A stretch of 57,215 nt of DNA, the filler included, from Sphacelaria rigidula (Eukaryota), in NCBI GenBank assembly GCA_964200075.2. It is 7 parts of 7 records of this genome, joined end to end, with 100 filler letters (N's around TTAATTAATTAA, not from the genome) between each part and the next. Parts side by side here need not be neighbours in the genome. Positions count along the whole stretch, not along the records: positions 32,753 to 40,840 come from CAXNAA020012349.1; positions 40,941 to 49,028 come from CAXNAA020012350.1; positions 49,129 to 57,215 come from CAXNAA020012351.1; 4 more parts are not named here. One strand, written 5' to 3'. The position numbers and the translations under genes are program-made. Below the pieces are notes generated by a model, which did no database searches, was not told the origin of the DNA, and worked only from the letters and a program-made list of their open reading frames with translations. Shown piece by piece: positions 38,250 to 50,487 of this stretch; the stretch's first letter is position 1, and each line of letters starts with the position of its first letter.

Positions 38250-38421
38250 GGGGGGGGGGGTCGTACTCATTGTTGCTTGCCTTAGCCGTTTGACTATTGA
38301 CGAGGCATCCCTTTCGAGACGGAGCAGCCAGGGGGGTGTACTCATGATCATGCATGCCAGAGTCATAAGACCATTGACCTCGCATCCCTACAATGCCGGG
38401 ACGGAGCACGCCAGGGGGGGG
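38250..38421 (+). repeat. Two head-to-tail fragments (two subfamilies) of the G-tract repeat family
   Basis: GCCAG(n)-TCGTACTCATTGTTGC...GGAGCA-GCCAG(n)-TGTACTCATGATCATGC...GGAGCAC-GCCAG(n). Confidence 0.8.
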
Positions 38422-40069
38422 AGAACAGGTAGTATTCCGCGGTACTTTCCGAGGAGTGGATTGTCGTTTCTCGAGTCTATTTTTTTCGGAACAAGTGCCG
38501 TTGGAAAACAGACGAGAGCTCAGCACGGGGGTCGTAGAAGCAGTCTCAACACCTTATAAAATCTTCGTCATTATCCCCCGCTGATAAACCAAAGAGGCGT
38601 TTTGAGGTAGGGGGGGGCTCTGCAATCGTAGCAAGGGTGAGAACTGTTTTCGTCCGCTTTGACCAGGGTCTCAGCGCCGTTGCGGTCGTCGGCGTGAGCG
38701 TTTACCCTGTCTTTACCGCCGGCGGGGTCGGTCATGCGGTGTTACAGAGTGCTGACACCGATGTCCACGCCACACGCTGGCACACAAAGCACCTGTTGAC
38801 GTTGAATGAATCAGGGGAAGGACGAAGGGGCGGTTGCGGAAAGTGCAGCGAGGAAAATACGGAAGGAAACACAGTTGAACCGTGAGCAAATGTGTGGCCA
38901 ACCGGTGTTTGAAGCGATAATGTCAAGTGGTTGGAAAAAGCAAGAAGTTGGATATTAGGTTAGTTTTTGTGATCACGTTACGAGCTGAGCTAGTCCGAAG
39001 CATTTTTGGGCGGTTGGCCCCCTTTGCACGGCCGGTCTAAGAGTCGAAAGCTGAAATATGGGTACTCCTTGATGACCTTACCGTGGTAAAACCACGGGCA
39101 TGTTAGTAATTGTGGCGTTTTCTACAATCATATTTCGAGGATAGGACCGAGGCGAACAAGCAAGTAGAGCATGTAGAAGGGAGCTGTATTGCGTAAACAC
39201 AGAAAAGGTGCGAGGTCCTCTTCTAGCGAACCGTCCTCCTTGTGTGTTGAATCGTGGGCTGAATTTGGATGGTGTCACCTCATATGGGAAAGTACACCGA
39301 ACACATGTATCAACTGGACTGGGAACTGGACCAGTTAATACTGTCTTTTTCCACTGTGACTGGAGGTGAACCGGAAATGGCTACGAGAGCGCCAGTTGTT
39401 CAGTTTGTCTGGGGTTTTGTCGTAACCGAGTACTTTTATTATAGTTTTATTATGATGAGTTTATAACAAAGGAACACTGTATATAATTAGGTCGTACGAT
39501 TGAAGTCTGTAGTCTACAGGAATACAGGTACCACAAACTTCGTAAGTACCTGATTGTTCTGCAGTTTTCCATCAATCGACCATAGCGGGTAGGTCGACGG
39601 TTGGTCAGTCGAACGAGGAAATGAAGAAATAAACAAGAAGCGTGACTTATTTATGGTGGCACGCTTGCTGCGGAAGTGCTGAACGCCAAACCCCAACTGT
39701 CAATTGCGTGGTGAAGAGCGTCCTGAATATGATGCAGTACATGCACACTACAGTAGTCAGCGTCAGAAGTATGCGAACTTCGAAATTTCTTAGTTTCTCA
39801 GAGATTTCCCAAATTCGTTTCGCTTGCTACCGCTCATCACAGTGACTGCTGGATGCCAAAAAATGGGCATCTGGACATATTTCCATCCTTTTGACAATTA
39901 GTGAAACAAACAATATCTGCGATCAATATTGAGTGACTTACGGGCTTGACCAATCTTCGAGGGTCCTGCAAACGTTTAACCCCAGGTTCTAGCTTTTCGG
40001 TATTTTCGATGGATCGAGTTGATCCCGATCATATAAGTGAAGACTCAAAAATAACTTATTTTCCTTCAA

Positions 40070-40650
40070 TTTCACCTATTCACTGCGCTCGAGCCGAAAA
40101 ATTATGTTTCTTGGACCATTCACGGTCAATAAGATCCTCCTGATAAACGGGGTCTTTACTCCGTATCGCCCCCACAACACCAACATGGGCATTGTGATTT
40201 GAGCACGGCCTGCTCACTTTGCCAAAACTATCGCGACACTAGCACTTTCGAGTGCTCATGGGAAATGTGATGCCAAAAAAACCGAGAAGAGGCCATCCGC
40301 AGAAAATGCTAGACTGAGGTCTGTGCAGTATAGAAGGGAAACACGATCTCGATCGTTATTGTGAAGAATTGTATACGTTTTCATTAATCTGAATATTCAC
40401 CGTTTGTTTCGTCGCGGAAGAGCCGGAAAACTGTTCTCATTGGACCAAAAACGGCTAATAACACACATCGTCCTGATAAACGGGGTATCTAGTCCGTATC
40501 GCCCCAAAAACAACAACTTGGGCACCGCAGTTTGAGCGCCGCCCACGCTTTCCTCCTAAATCTACCGTCGCTAGCACTTTCAAGTAGTAATGAAGAATAG
40601 TACTCGAGAAAACTCAAAAACTACACAACACAACAAATTGTGCGAATTGA
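40070..40650. repeat. Degenerate two-copy tandem duplication, period about 330 bp
   Basis: TCCTGATAAACGGGGT...TCCGTATCGCCCC...CTAGCACTTTC occurs at about 40138-40250 and 40471-40581. Confidence 0.75.
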
Positions 40651-40840
40651 GGTTTAACTTTGAGATGAGGCTCAAGCCTAAAACAGTGTTTTCCTCACAC
40701 TTTCAGCGATGATGCCCAATGACGTTTTTGTCGACCTAATATCCTTCAATCGCGTAGATACTTCTTCAGCGCAATTCGCCGACTCTGCGCGCCTACAGCT
40801 CTGACCGAAACCGCCATTTTCCCTGATATTACCCCCCTCA

Positions 40841-40940
40841 NNNNNNNNNNNNNNNNNNNNNNNNNNNNNNNNNNNNNNNNNNNNTTAATTAATTAANNNN
40901 NNNNNNNNNNNNNNNNNNNNNNNNNNNNNNNNNNNNNNNN
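40841..40940. other. Artificial contig-joining spacer
   Basis: N44-TTAATTAATTAA-N44. Confidence 0.98.
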
Positions 40941-41194
40941 GCGTCCGGTCCCCCCGACTAGTTAAAAAGCTCCTTTTTGACGGCCGGGCCCTCCCCCCCC
41001 CCCCCCTTTTTTTGGTCTCGTTGAGACACGGCCTTCAGTAGAGACATGGGAATCTTTTGGTTCCAGAAGCTAATGTAGCCCTTTGGAATCCATCACGGAA
41101 GTTGTGAGCTTGCATGCATCCTAAACGCTATAGGCCCTTCGATGATGCTCTAGATATGTCGCACTTGGCGCCCTGAAGTAATTCAGGATGTATG

Positions 41195-41198
<4 letters not shown>

Positions 41199-41232
<34 letters not shown>
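41199..41232. repeat. (AT)n microsatellite
   Basis: Perfect AT run. Confidence 0.95.
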
Positions 41233-41235
<3 letters not shown>

Positions 41236-41867
41236 ATCTTCACCCAAGGCACTGTTATACAAGAGCCCTGCAGCTTTTGGCTGTCGCGGTCCATCATATG
41301 CTTGGCAACCAATCTTTATGTTCACAGCAGCTAGTGTGAATACAGTACAGTGCCTACATGGTCCATATACTCCGTACCTACATACACCACCAACATGCGG
41401 CAGTACAGTACCACACCACAATGAACATATGGCATGTGGGAAGGCAATGATTGACTGCATCGGTTGTCGTAGCCTGTGAAGTACAGAGGTAAGATGATAT
41501 CATGGAGTCGAACACTGCTGCCGGCAACGCAATATTCTTGCCACCCCTGTCGTACTGTACGCTATAATGTGGCAAAATTTGCTCTTGTTTCGTTTCATTC
41601 TTCTGGATCGAATGCGAGGTATGGTTCAGGAGGGTCTCATTACACGACCGACGACCGGATGAATGAGTCGCAGTGCTCACGCACCCAGGAGACGGTTACT
41701 AACACTCGAAGACATTCGAAAACAAACCCCTTACTTGGTCATTGGAACAGAAAACAGGAATAACAATTTCGCGCTCTGGTACCATTTTGCCGCTGCACGT
41801 CCTGTATGACGAAAAAATGAGCACCAGCATCAGAATATTATCGTGGTTAGCGTGTTTGCCTGTACAG

Positions 41868-44555
41868 CAGCCGTGTATGGCGATGACCGCGCTGAAGCTC
41901 ATCAATGGGACACCGACAACTGTCGGACCGATATACATTCTCGTGATGTGTTGGCCAGGGCCGCACTCCGCAGCGTCGGCGAACACGTTAACGATATTTC
42001 GGGAGCGATTGGGCGAGAGTGGATGATCGCCACTGCTAAAGGACGCGAAGGTGCGTGCTCTTCACATATGTCGATGCTGTTGTTCGATTCTTCGGACTTT
42101 TATCGCAGGTTGTGCCGAACGAACACATCCCTCATGCCACCATGTGCTAACCAACGTGCATATCCCCACACTCTATGTTGTTGCCAATGCTCTACCCCTT
42201 GATCGAGTCTTCCTGGTGTACGTTGTCAACAACATGCCCAACAACACATGAAATTCAACTCATGTTCACATTTCTGTACGGCACACGTGTCGCTTGACGA
42301 AGGTTAGAGTGCTGAATCGTGTTGTTTAATTCCTGTCCCCCCGCATTCATCGCCGCCGCCTCGAACTGAAATCGCAAACATCAGGTCGCCGTCTACCTTT
42401 ATCGGTCTGGTGCGTCGACGCGATGTCAAGAGTGATCGATGTTCTCCCTTCCAAAGAAGAATTGATGAGCGACGAGGCGAAGAAAATTCTTGCCCTTGTT
42501 TATTTCCTCAATATTGGGGCGGTTCTTTTTATCTGGAAACTTAATTCTGACAAGCGAGCTGGGCGCATCCCAGGTACGAGCCGCTTCTTGCTGAAACATC
42601 CGCAAACGGCGTCGATTGGTGAAGCGCTCTTTTGTATCCCATATATAAATCAAAACACGATTGGGTTGAGTGGTAATTTTGGTCCATCCCAGCTTGCAAG
42701 TTTTGTCCACTTCGAAGTAGTTGGTTTGGCACGACTTGCTTTGAGTTGGGTGCGTTCGATGCGAAGGCCAACGAAGCAGGTGAATGATTTTCGCTGCCCC
42801 GAAACCACAAGGGTTCACCATACTTCGTTTCTTTTTGCCGTGGATCAAATGATGGAGTAGTGACTTCTATGAACATGATAAATCTACCACCGGTGGCAGA
42901 TTATTCAAGGCTATGTTCTATATGATATACCTGGAAGTGGGGGATTTTCGGGTCGCATTCTGAACCACAACGAATATGTTCCAAGCTTCTTTTTTTGCTA
43001 ACTATTCCGTTGCCGTGGTACTGGCTACGCTGTTGATAGTACTTGCCTGTGCCGGTAATACCCTTAGCTAGTTTGAATCGAAGTCCCTTGGCATTTTTTT
43101 GGAGGGAGTCAACGCACCTCCTCCTCGAACAGTCTAAACGGGAAGGGGGTGCTATTTGACGTGTGAGTCATTTGCGGTCAACGATAACTAGTTTAAATAC
43201 GCGACCGGTCCCAATAGAAAGTCCATAATCTACCCTAACTCACTATACCTTCAGGTTTTTCGGAGGAGACTTCAGGCTTCCCGGAGAAGACACAAGATAT
43301 TCTTCCACGCCCTCTTCACGTACCGGCTACGATGTACCGTCAGCGCACTCTACGTACGAATGGTGATGACCCTGAACACGCGAGTGGCTACTGAAGCATA
43401 TTTATCCTACCTGTTGATTCGAGACCACCCTTTCGCCCCTCCCCGACCATGATATGGGCATATTTCCTCCCCACACTCCCTCACCTGGGGGGTGTTATTC
43501 GACGTATTGGCTGTGTGTAGACGGATTACATTATGCTTTTAAACGCATGAGATGTGTCGTCACATCATCGACACGAGTAATACGTACCCCTGAGATATAT
43601 GATAGTCAGGAGCACCACCGTCCGTTTGCGACAGGACAAAACGATGGATATCACCCTCGGGGACTGCTACTTTCCTTTCCCTGGGAGGACCGTGGGCCTG
43701 AATATTCCCCATGTATTTGTATGTATCATACCTTGAATTTTCGACTTTTGATGGCGTTTCGAATGAATTAAAACAGTCGAAGCACAAGCGGGGTAAAATA
43801 GACCCGCGAAATGGCCTAAATTCCGGTGAACTAGTCAGGGCCCGTCTGTCCAAGTGCTGAAACTTCATTGGCGTTTTTCAAGCTGGACTTGACCTAACTT
43901 TGATAAATCTTATGTCCACGTCAGCTAATTCGATATCGTAGATGTGTTTCCTGGTTTGCCTTTATTGATAACGTGCCTCGAAAATCCCGAGTTGACAATA
44001 CCGGGTGTGAATTGGTCACTTGCCAGTGGAGGGAGCGTTCATATCGCAAAATGCATCTCGGGTTCGGCGTCTCCACCAAATTTCCAGCTGGACTTCTCTC
44101 TTTTTTTCTTCTTTCGGCTCAAGTAAACAGTGGGCCCGCGAGACTTTGGCCTGAATTACCGCGGAAGTGCCCTGTGTTGAAGTTGGACTATGACTCACGA
44201 CTTCGTTTGCTGCTTTTTGCCCCCCATTCCCGGCGCCCTCGACATCCCGCCCACGCGTGGCCAATGGTCAAACTACACAGGCAAGCAACAAGTGAGTGCG
44301 CCTCCCCCCTGGCGCCCCCGACATCCCGCCCACGTGCATCGAGGGCTTGACAATAAAGCCAAGGACGCACAGCACGGACGGGGGCAACTACGCGACGGAC
44401 TACGTGAGCTGAACCTCCGAATCCAAGCCGTTCTCGACAGGAAGGGGACTAGCATCGAGTGCGGCATCAGCGCAGAGGAGTGTGCGGGGCTGATCAAGTA
44501 CGCCCGCAACTGTCCGGACCCGCTGGCCGGAGTATTGCCGACCCCTGTACTACCG
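41868..44555 (+). CDS. Candidate upstream exons of the OTU gene (41868-42050, 42385-42573, about 44281-44555); product unassigned
   Basis: Each is an open frame between a CAG acceptor and a GT donor (G|GTGCGT, G|GTACGA, CCG|GTGAAA). Phases 1-1, 1-1 and 1-0 are compatible with the phase-0 exon at 45645. Further exons near 42900-43700 are possible. Confidence 0.45.
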
Positions 44556-44725
44556 GTGAAACATGTTGAACACGAAACGCGGCGTACACACTTATCCTAC
44601 GTACACACCATGACGGGTAACCGGGCTTATTCGTGTGCCACTTGTCCATACGGATGCAAACAAAACCACAGCATTCCTATTCCGATCAAAACATCTCTAA
44701 CTGGATGCACACGTATCCTTTCGCC

Positions 44726-45073
44726 TCGCCCCGGTGGCTCAGTTGGTAACCTCAAATCCTTTTGACGGTTGGGTTGTGGGTTCGACTCTCGTAGCAGTCA
44801 CAAGATCTGGGGTTATTTTTCACACGATGCCCAACAGTGGAGAGCGACTACGTCGTGGGTACAAAATATTCGACTTCACGGTCGACGAGGGGAAGGGACT
44901 GCTGAACTCCTCTTGCAATAAAAATAAAAGGCAAGCACCGCAGAAGGAAGGTGGAGAACTTGAAAAAAAAACTCCTGTGTTGCCTTCCTCCTGTGTGACC
45001 CTGGTTGGTGCGCCCACGTGTACTGAAAGGTGTAGATCGCCGCCCCGAGTAGATGGGATGACAACGCACACAC
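44726..45073 (+). mobile_element. Full-length tRNA-derived SINE (about 350 bp), in a predicted intron
   Basis: A box TGGCTCAGTTGG (44735-44746) and B box GGTTCGACTC (44779-44788). The body is shared with two other copies, and the tail reads GACAACGCACACAC. Confidence 0.88.
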
Positions 45074-45127
45074 TTTATATCGGTTTCCATGCTCTATTCC
45101 AAACATCCACATGACCAGGCTCATATA

Positions 45128-45406
45128 CTTCTTCTGTCGCATAAGTAAAGGTACCAAAGTTTGTACAGGCCCTTGATGATGCCCGATTTTTTTTAAGAAC
45201 TTTACAGTGTTTTTGGGGTCAAGAAAATGTGTTTAAATTTTGCAGCTTGTGCTTGAACCATGCCGTCGAACGGCTGCATGGTTCAAGCACGAGTTGCAAG
45301 ATGTGTTCTGAATAAAAAACACCGTAGAGTTCATAAAAAAAAAACGATCGGACATCGTTAAGGGCCCGTACAGATTTAGGTACCTTTACTTATGGGACAG
45401 ACGAAG
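45128..45406. mobile_element. Complete Stowaway-like (Tc1/mariner) MITE, 279 bp, TA target duplication
   Basis: TA|CTTCTTCTGTCGCATAAGTAAAGGTACC ... GGTACCTTTACTTATGGGACAGACGAAG|TA, with an inner palindrome GTGCTTGAACCATGC...GCATGGTTCAAGCAC. Confidence 0.88.
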
Positions 45407-45644
45407 TATGGGTTTAGGAGTAGATCTTATATATTATATTTGTGTCGTCGAGGATCTATCACGTGCTCCTTGTGTATTTGATATTTTGGATTGACGTATT
45501 TTATCGGTTGACATAAAGCTTGACCGTACGACGGCGATTGTGACTTGATGGTTAGTTAACACTGTTCTTCGTGCTTCGTCCCTGCCCTAGCCCCGTCCAC
45601 GATGCTACTACCGCACTTGCGTGTGCTGACGATCAATTCTTCAG

Positions 45645-48203
45645 GGCGGGAAAGTCGGATTCCTCGAGCGCCACGAGAACCGTGATGCAATGGCCAGCAA
45701 GCTGCTGACGGGAGCGGCTCACTACGACGGTGGAGGCCGCGGCTTTCTTGCCAACAACATCATGGGCGACGGTGCTTGCTTGTTCAACTCGGCCGCGTTC
45801 CTGGCCTATGGTCCAGCCTGCAGCAGCATGCGCCAGGTCCTCGACAACGCACTTCCTCTTCGCGCAGCTGTGTGTATCAGGGGACTGGCGCAGCTTGAGA
45901 GGATGTTGAGCAACTGCCCGCACGGGTGGGGACAATTCTTCTGCAACTTGCAGGCGTACGACTCTAGTGTGACCGACAGGGCACGAATCAACAGAGTTGT
46001 TATTTGGACAAACAAAAACAGCAGCGTGCCTGATTTCTTCGCGCGGGTGTTTTTCCTCTACGCTCTCCAGCGAATAACAGGAGAATATGCCAACGCCCAG
46101 CAGTTTTGCTTCCCTCTTCTCGCCGAAGTCCTTCACGTGAACATCCGATGCTTTCACCCCGGTGCGTTGGCTTAGATTATTTGAGTACGGTCTGGGGCCA
46201 GGGGGGTGAGAGTCGCGAGGGTACAGAACAGTGAAAAAGGGAGGTGACGCTGCGGGACGTATTTTACGGAACTTTGTTTACGGTTTGACAGCCGTATTGT
46301 TGTACCCTGAACAATTTGTTTCGGATCTTTTTCTGCCTTTTCATTGCCCAGGGAGGACCGTCTGCGACAAAGCGGGTGGGAGTTGGTGTAAGCGCGTTTT
46401 CGCCCCGAAGGTCGGAAGCCACCACAACTCGGCGCGACTCCCGACCCTCTACATTACGATGTCTCTCATGTACCACTACCACGACTTCAACAGCATCCAG
46501 GAGTTCGAGCAGTCGTGCAGGGTGCCGATGTCTGTCGACCATTACGGAAAGCAGGAGGCGGGATACACGCATGACTTTCCTGACTTCCGTCACTTCGTCC
46601 CGCTTCTACCCCCCATCGATGCCAACGACCACGAGGTGAGGCGACAACAGACGGGTGAATGACTTTGACGTTTCCAGATACCGTGTTTTTTATGGAGATA
46701 CCGTCGTTGATGCTGGTGGGTGACGTGATACATTGTCTTCATTGTTTCACAACGCGATCTTGTCTGCTGAATTGAGCATTTCATGCTTACTACTGGCGGC
46801 AACACTCTTCTTGTTGTGGACTTACCACGACCAAGAGGACGAGCAGCAGAAGCTCACGTCTGCGCAGGATATCGTGGGACAGGTGGCCCTGGTATGAGCT
46901 TCTAGCTTTTGAGGTGTGAGGCAATCCCTGTACGTGTGAGATCCATTTGTCGATGCCAATGTAACGAAAAACTTACACTTTCGTCACACCACATGCTCTT
47001 TACAACTCGACACTCTTCGCGTCGTCTGTCATGGCCATCTCTGACTCGACAACTTCGTCCCCGCGGTGCAACGTACCCGACCCCTTGCAGCGATGGCAAG
47101 ATATGGACTTTGGTCTACCGCGCGATCGCGCTTGTTCTTGGGGTGTCGACCACGCAGCGAGTCGAAAGCCTATTCGGAGGAACTCTGCGTGAAATACATG
47201 GCAGTATTTCCGTCGTTGTGCTCGGCCAGAAAATATGGGATTTGTGTGGCGCGCAGGAGGTTGAAACGAACAGGTGCGCTGTGGACTGCTAGCATACACT
47301 CGCATCTTGCTCTCGAGAGATCACCGTGCGTGTGGGGCGTTGCCTCAATCACATTGTACCATCTGCTTGTTTTGGCATTTTTACTCGGTCACTAGGTTTT
47401 AGGTCTGGCATCACCTGAAACCCCATGGACTACCTTGTCTGGTGGACGTACCCCCTCTCCCTCCCGGCGGACTCGTAGCAGCAAAGGTGATGGACGGCTA
47501 TGAATTCGTCCACAGGCATACCGAGGTCTTCTCCCAGTCCATCCTCGCTCAGCTGAAGAGCGGTTGTGCCGGCATCTTCATGACCCAGGTTGGTAATGAC
47601 AGCCGTGAACGCTACTATTTGTCTGCAATCTGTACCATGTTCATCAATTGTTTGTTGGTGTCCCGTTATTCCTGATTTTATTTCATTCAATAATTTTTGG
47701 TCCACTCGTTTTTTTTCGGCCTTTTGGTGTTTGAAATCTCCGTTCTGTCTCCATAAATGGATTATTGAGTATTTGCCATTTCCTTCTCAGTATATATCAC
47801 GCCTTTAGGGTTTGGGTTACTTGGTAACCCCATATACTACACCCGACATCCCCTGTGCACCTTCCCTGCTGTGCAGTGGATCCAGCGCGAGTACGGATCT
47901 ACCGTGGCGCACCATGCCAAAGTGTTGGCATCATCCAGCGACGAGGTCGGCGACGATCTGCGCGATCTGGCGCCCGCGTCACATCTCGAAAAATTGTGCC
48001 AGGCGCGGGCGGGTACAGAGCTCGTGGACCTCGAAGTGACCACGGGAAATACGAGGCAGGAGAAGAACACAGTAGTGTGTAGGCTAGGACGTCCCTCCGA
48101 ATCCTCGTTGATATGCTCGACGGATCGAATGTGGCTATCGAACATATGGATCAAGTTTCGCATGGGTTGGCGGCAAGTGCGAGGGGCCGTGTGGTTGTAC
48201 TAG
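45645..48203 (+). CDS. OTU-family (A20-like) cysteine protease/deubiquitinase; exons 45645-46161, 46352-46635, 46838-46891, 47403-47588, 47877-48203
   Basis: Cys box IMGDGACLFNSAAFLAYG, then LPLRAAV, FPLLAEVLHVNIRCF and a His box RHFVPL in the next exon. All junctions are GT-AG with consistent phases (1,0,0,0), and TAG ends at 48203. Confidence 0.8.
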
Positions 48204-48528
48204 GGGTGAGGAGCTTTCTCGTTCGGTCGTGTGTGCAGTTGCTGTAACATGGCTTGCCATGCCGACATTTGTTTAGGTTCAATGCCTCCAGAGCCTTTTC
48301 TTCCCCTAAAAGGGTCAATTTTCGTGTGGAGGGATTTTTTGGGGGTAGCCAAATGGCCGCGTGTGATGCACTCATTTCCACACCAAAAACAAAACAGCCG
48401 TGGGAGCCGGCTGCTGGTTCGATATTTGATATTTTGGCCGTACTATTTAAAGCCCTCTCTCCAATGAACTTGGAAAGCAAATCACCAGACGAACTGCGAC
48501 TTGCACTCGCCGGAAGCACAGTAACACG

Positions 48529-48564
<36 letters not shown>

Positions 48565-49028
48565 TGAGGAGCGAAGGAGAGAATAGAGGATCGAGAAAAT
48601 ATGGGAATGAAGCCCAAGAATGGGTAGATTGATCATGAATGGAGAATCATGGGTGGGATGCTCCGACAAATTAGAGTGAAGAGGTAAAAAAAACACAGCA
48701 GCACACTTTCCATCCCCATTGTTGTTTATTTCAACAAGGACGGGTAACAATAATAGCTTTTTCCCTGGGTTCCATGGGCCTTGGTGGCTCGTTCGCTACA
48801 GCCCTAACTTTATACTAAACACGGGCGCGTGCGCGCGGCATTTCATCAAGTCTACCAAAGAGTGGTAGCATCTGCTCTGGGAAGGTGCGCACATACAGTA
48901 GGACCCATCAATATCGACACTGCTTTTTTGGGGATCTCCGAATGTTTCGGGACTGGCGAGGTACGAGTCATCCTACGATAGGGGGGGGGGGGGATTCGGT
49001 TGCACGAAAAAAGAGGCTCATAAGTGTG

Positions 49029-49128
49029 NNNNNNNNNNNNNNNNNNNNNNNNNNNNNNNNNNNNNNNNNNNNTTAATTAATTAANNNNNNNNNNNNNNNN
49101 NNNNNNNNNNNNNNNNNNNNNNNNNNNN
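49029..49128. other. Artificial contig-joining spacer
   Basis: N44-TTAATTAATTAA-N44. Confidence 0.98.
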
Positions 49129-49209
49129 CCCCACCCCTATATTTCTTTAAAAATATAGCAACTAAGATATTGATTTTCCCCCCCCCCCCCCCCCCTCCCC
49201 CCCCGCTCC

Positions 49210-50278
49210 CTTACTCTTGAACTTCTGTCTCTTCCGCTTCATCCCTATCCATGCGTACTCTTCAACTCTGCATCCTATTTCCGCCCCCACCTTCTCCCAT
49301 GACTCCTGGATTCCTACTATCTAGGTCGTTTTTACTCACTTGTTGCGCCATCTCTTATCTTTTGAGCTTGTCTGTGGCGAATCCACACACGTTCCACGGC
49401 CCAATTTCCTTCCCGAATCAGTATCTACTGTTTACTTGTCGCCTATCCTCTTTCCGTGTCTCTTACTTCTACTTTTACTTGCTTGATTGTTTTGCCCCGT
49501 GCCGGTTTGGTCTTTGTTTACTCGTCTTGGGCCGCTATTTCTCCTCCTGTTCCCCTTCGGGGCATTCACCTGTTCCTGCCTCCCTTTCCCTCCGTTTGCC
49601 TGTGCACTACGTCTTGGGTTTATCATTCCGTTAGCAATGCATACTCTCCACCCAACCCTTCTAATCCATGCCGGTACCTTACTTGTTTCTATCCTTTCGC
49701 ACTCCTTGCTCGCGCTCTGTTTTAGCGTGACTCGGAAGTGTTCTCTCTCCCTATTTACTTTTCCTGTTGCCAAACAGTATAACCCAACTTCATCGCATTT
49801 CTTTTCAAACTCTGTTCTCGTCATGTCGCTACGGATTCCGAATACTTGTACTACCAGGACTCTACCCGACTACTCTTTACTGCTCCATCCGCCCTTCCTT
49901 ACCGTCTCTCGCTCGATCTCCTTCGAGAGCATCTACAGCTTCTTCTTTTCAACTGTACCGGTGGGATGTATTCATCGTGCTGAGACATCCCAATCCTAGT
50001 ACTCGTTTGGGTTCTGGTATATTTCGGTCCTTTTGCTGGCTCGCCGACTTAGTGGTGGTCTGGTTCTGGTAGCCGACCGAGCACAGCATTTTGGGACTGA
50101 GTGGTGGCGGGCCAGAAACCGTAGCTCTGAACCCTCTTCTCCCTGTCCACAGTAAGGGATCTCCTGGCGGTAACTTGCGTATGTTATTGCTCCGTGCACT
50201 TCTAATTTGTTTTCATCTATCAACCCATCCCATCACTATAGTGGTGTGACGGTAAAGATATCTTGGTGATCAAATCAA
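49210..50278 (+). repeat. Long pyrimidine-skewed tract, possibly the 3' UTR of a non-LTR retroelement inside the KAP gene intron
   Basis: Strong C/T skew on the + strand, ending ...GATCAAATCAA. No second copy in the window. Confidence 0.3.
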
Positions 50279-50487
50279 CAGGTTATTGAGGAGAGGCTCA
50301 ATGAAATGACGTATAATGCAGGGGTGACATTGAGGACAGTGCTTTATCGTAATCGTCGTACCACATTTCAACTGTGGAGACTCCCACTTCATCAGCCCTG
50401 ATTTATCTCCATCTCCGCTCTCATCAACCTAGAGCTGTTGTTAAGGCCATCGGCCCCAGAGGCGCGTGTGCGGTTCCGTTTCCTCAC

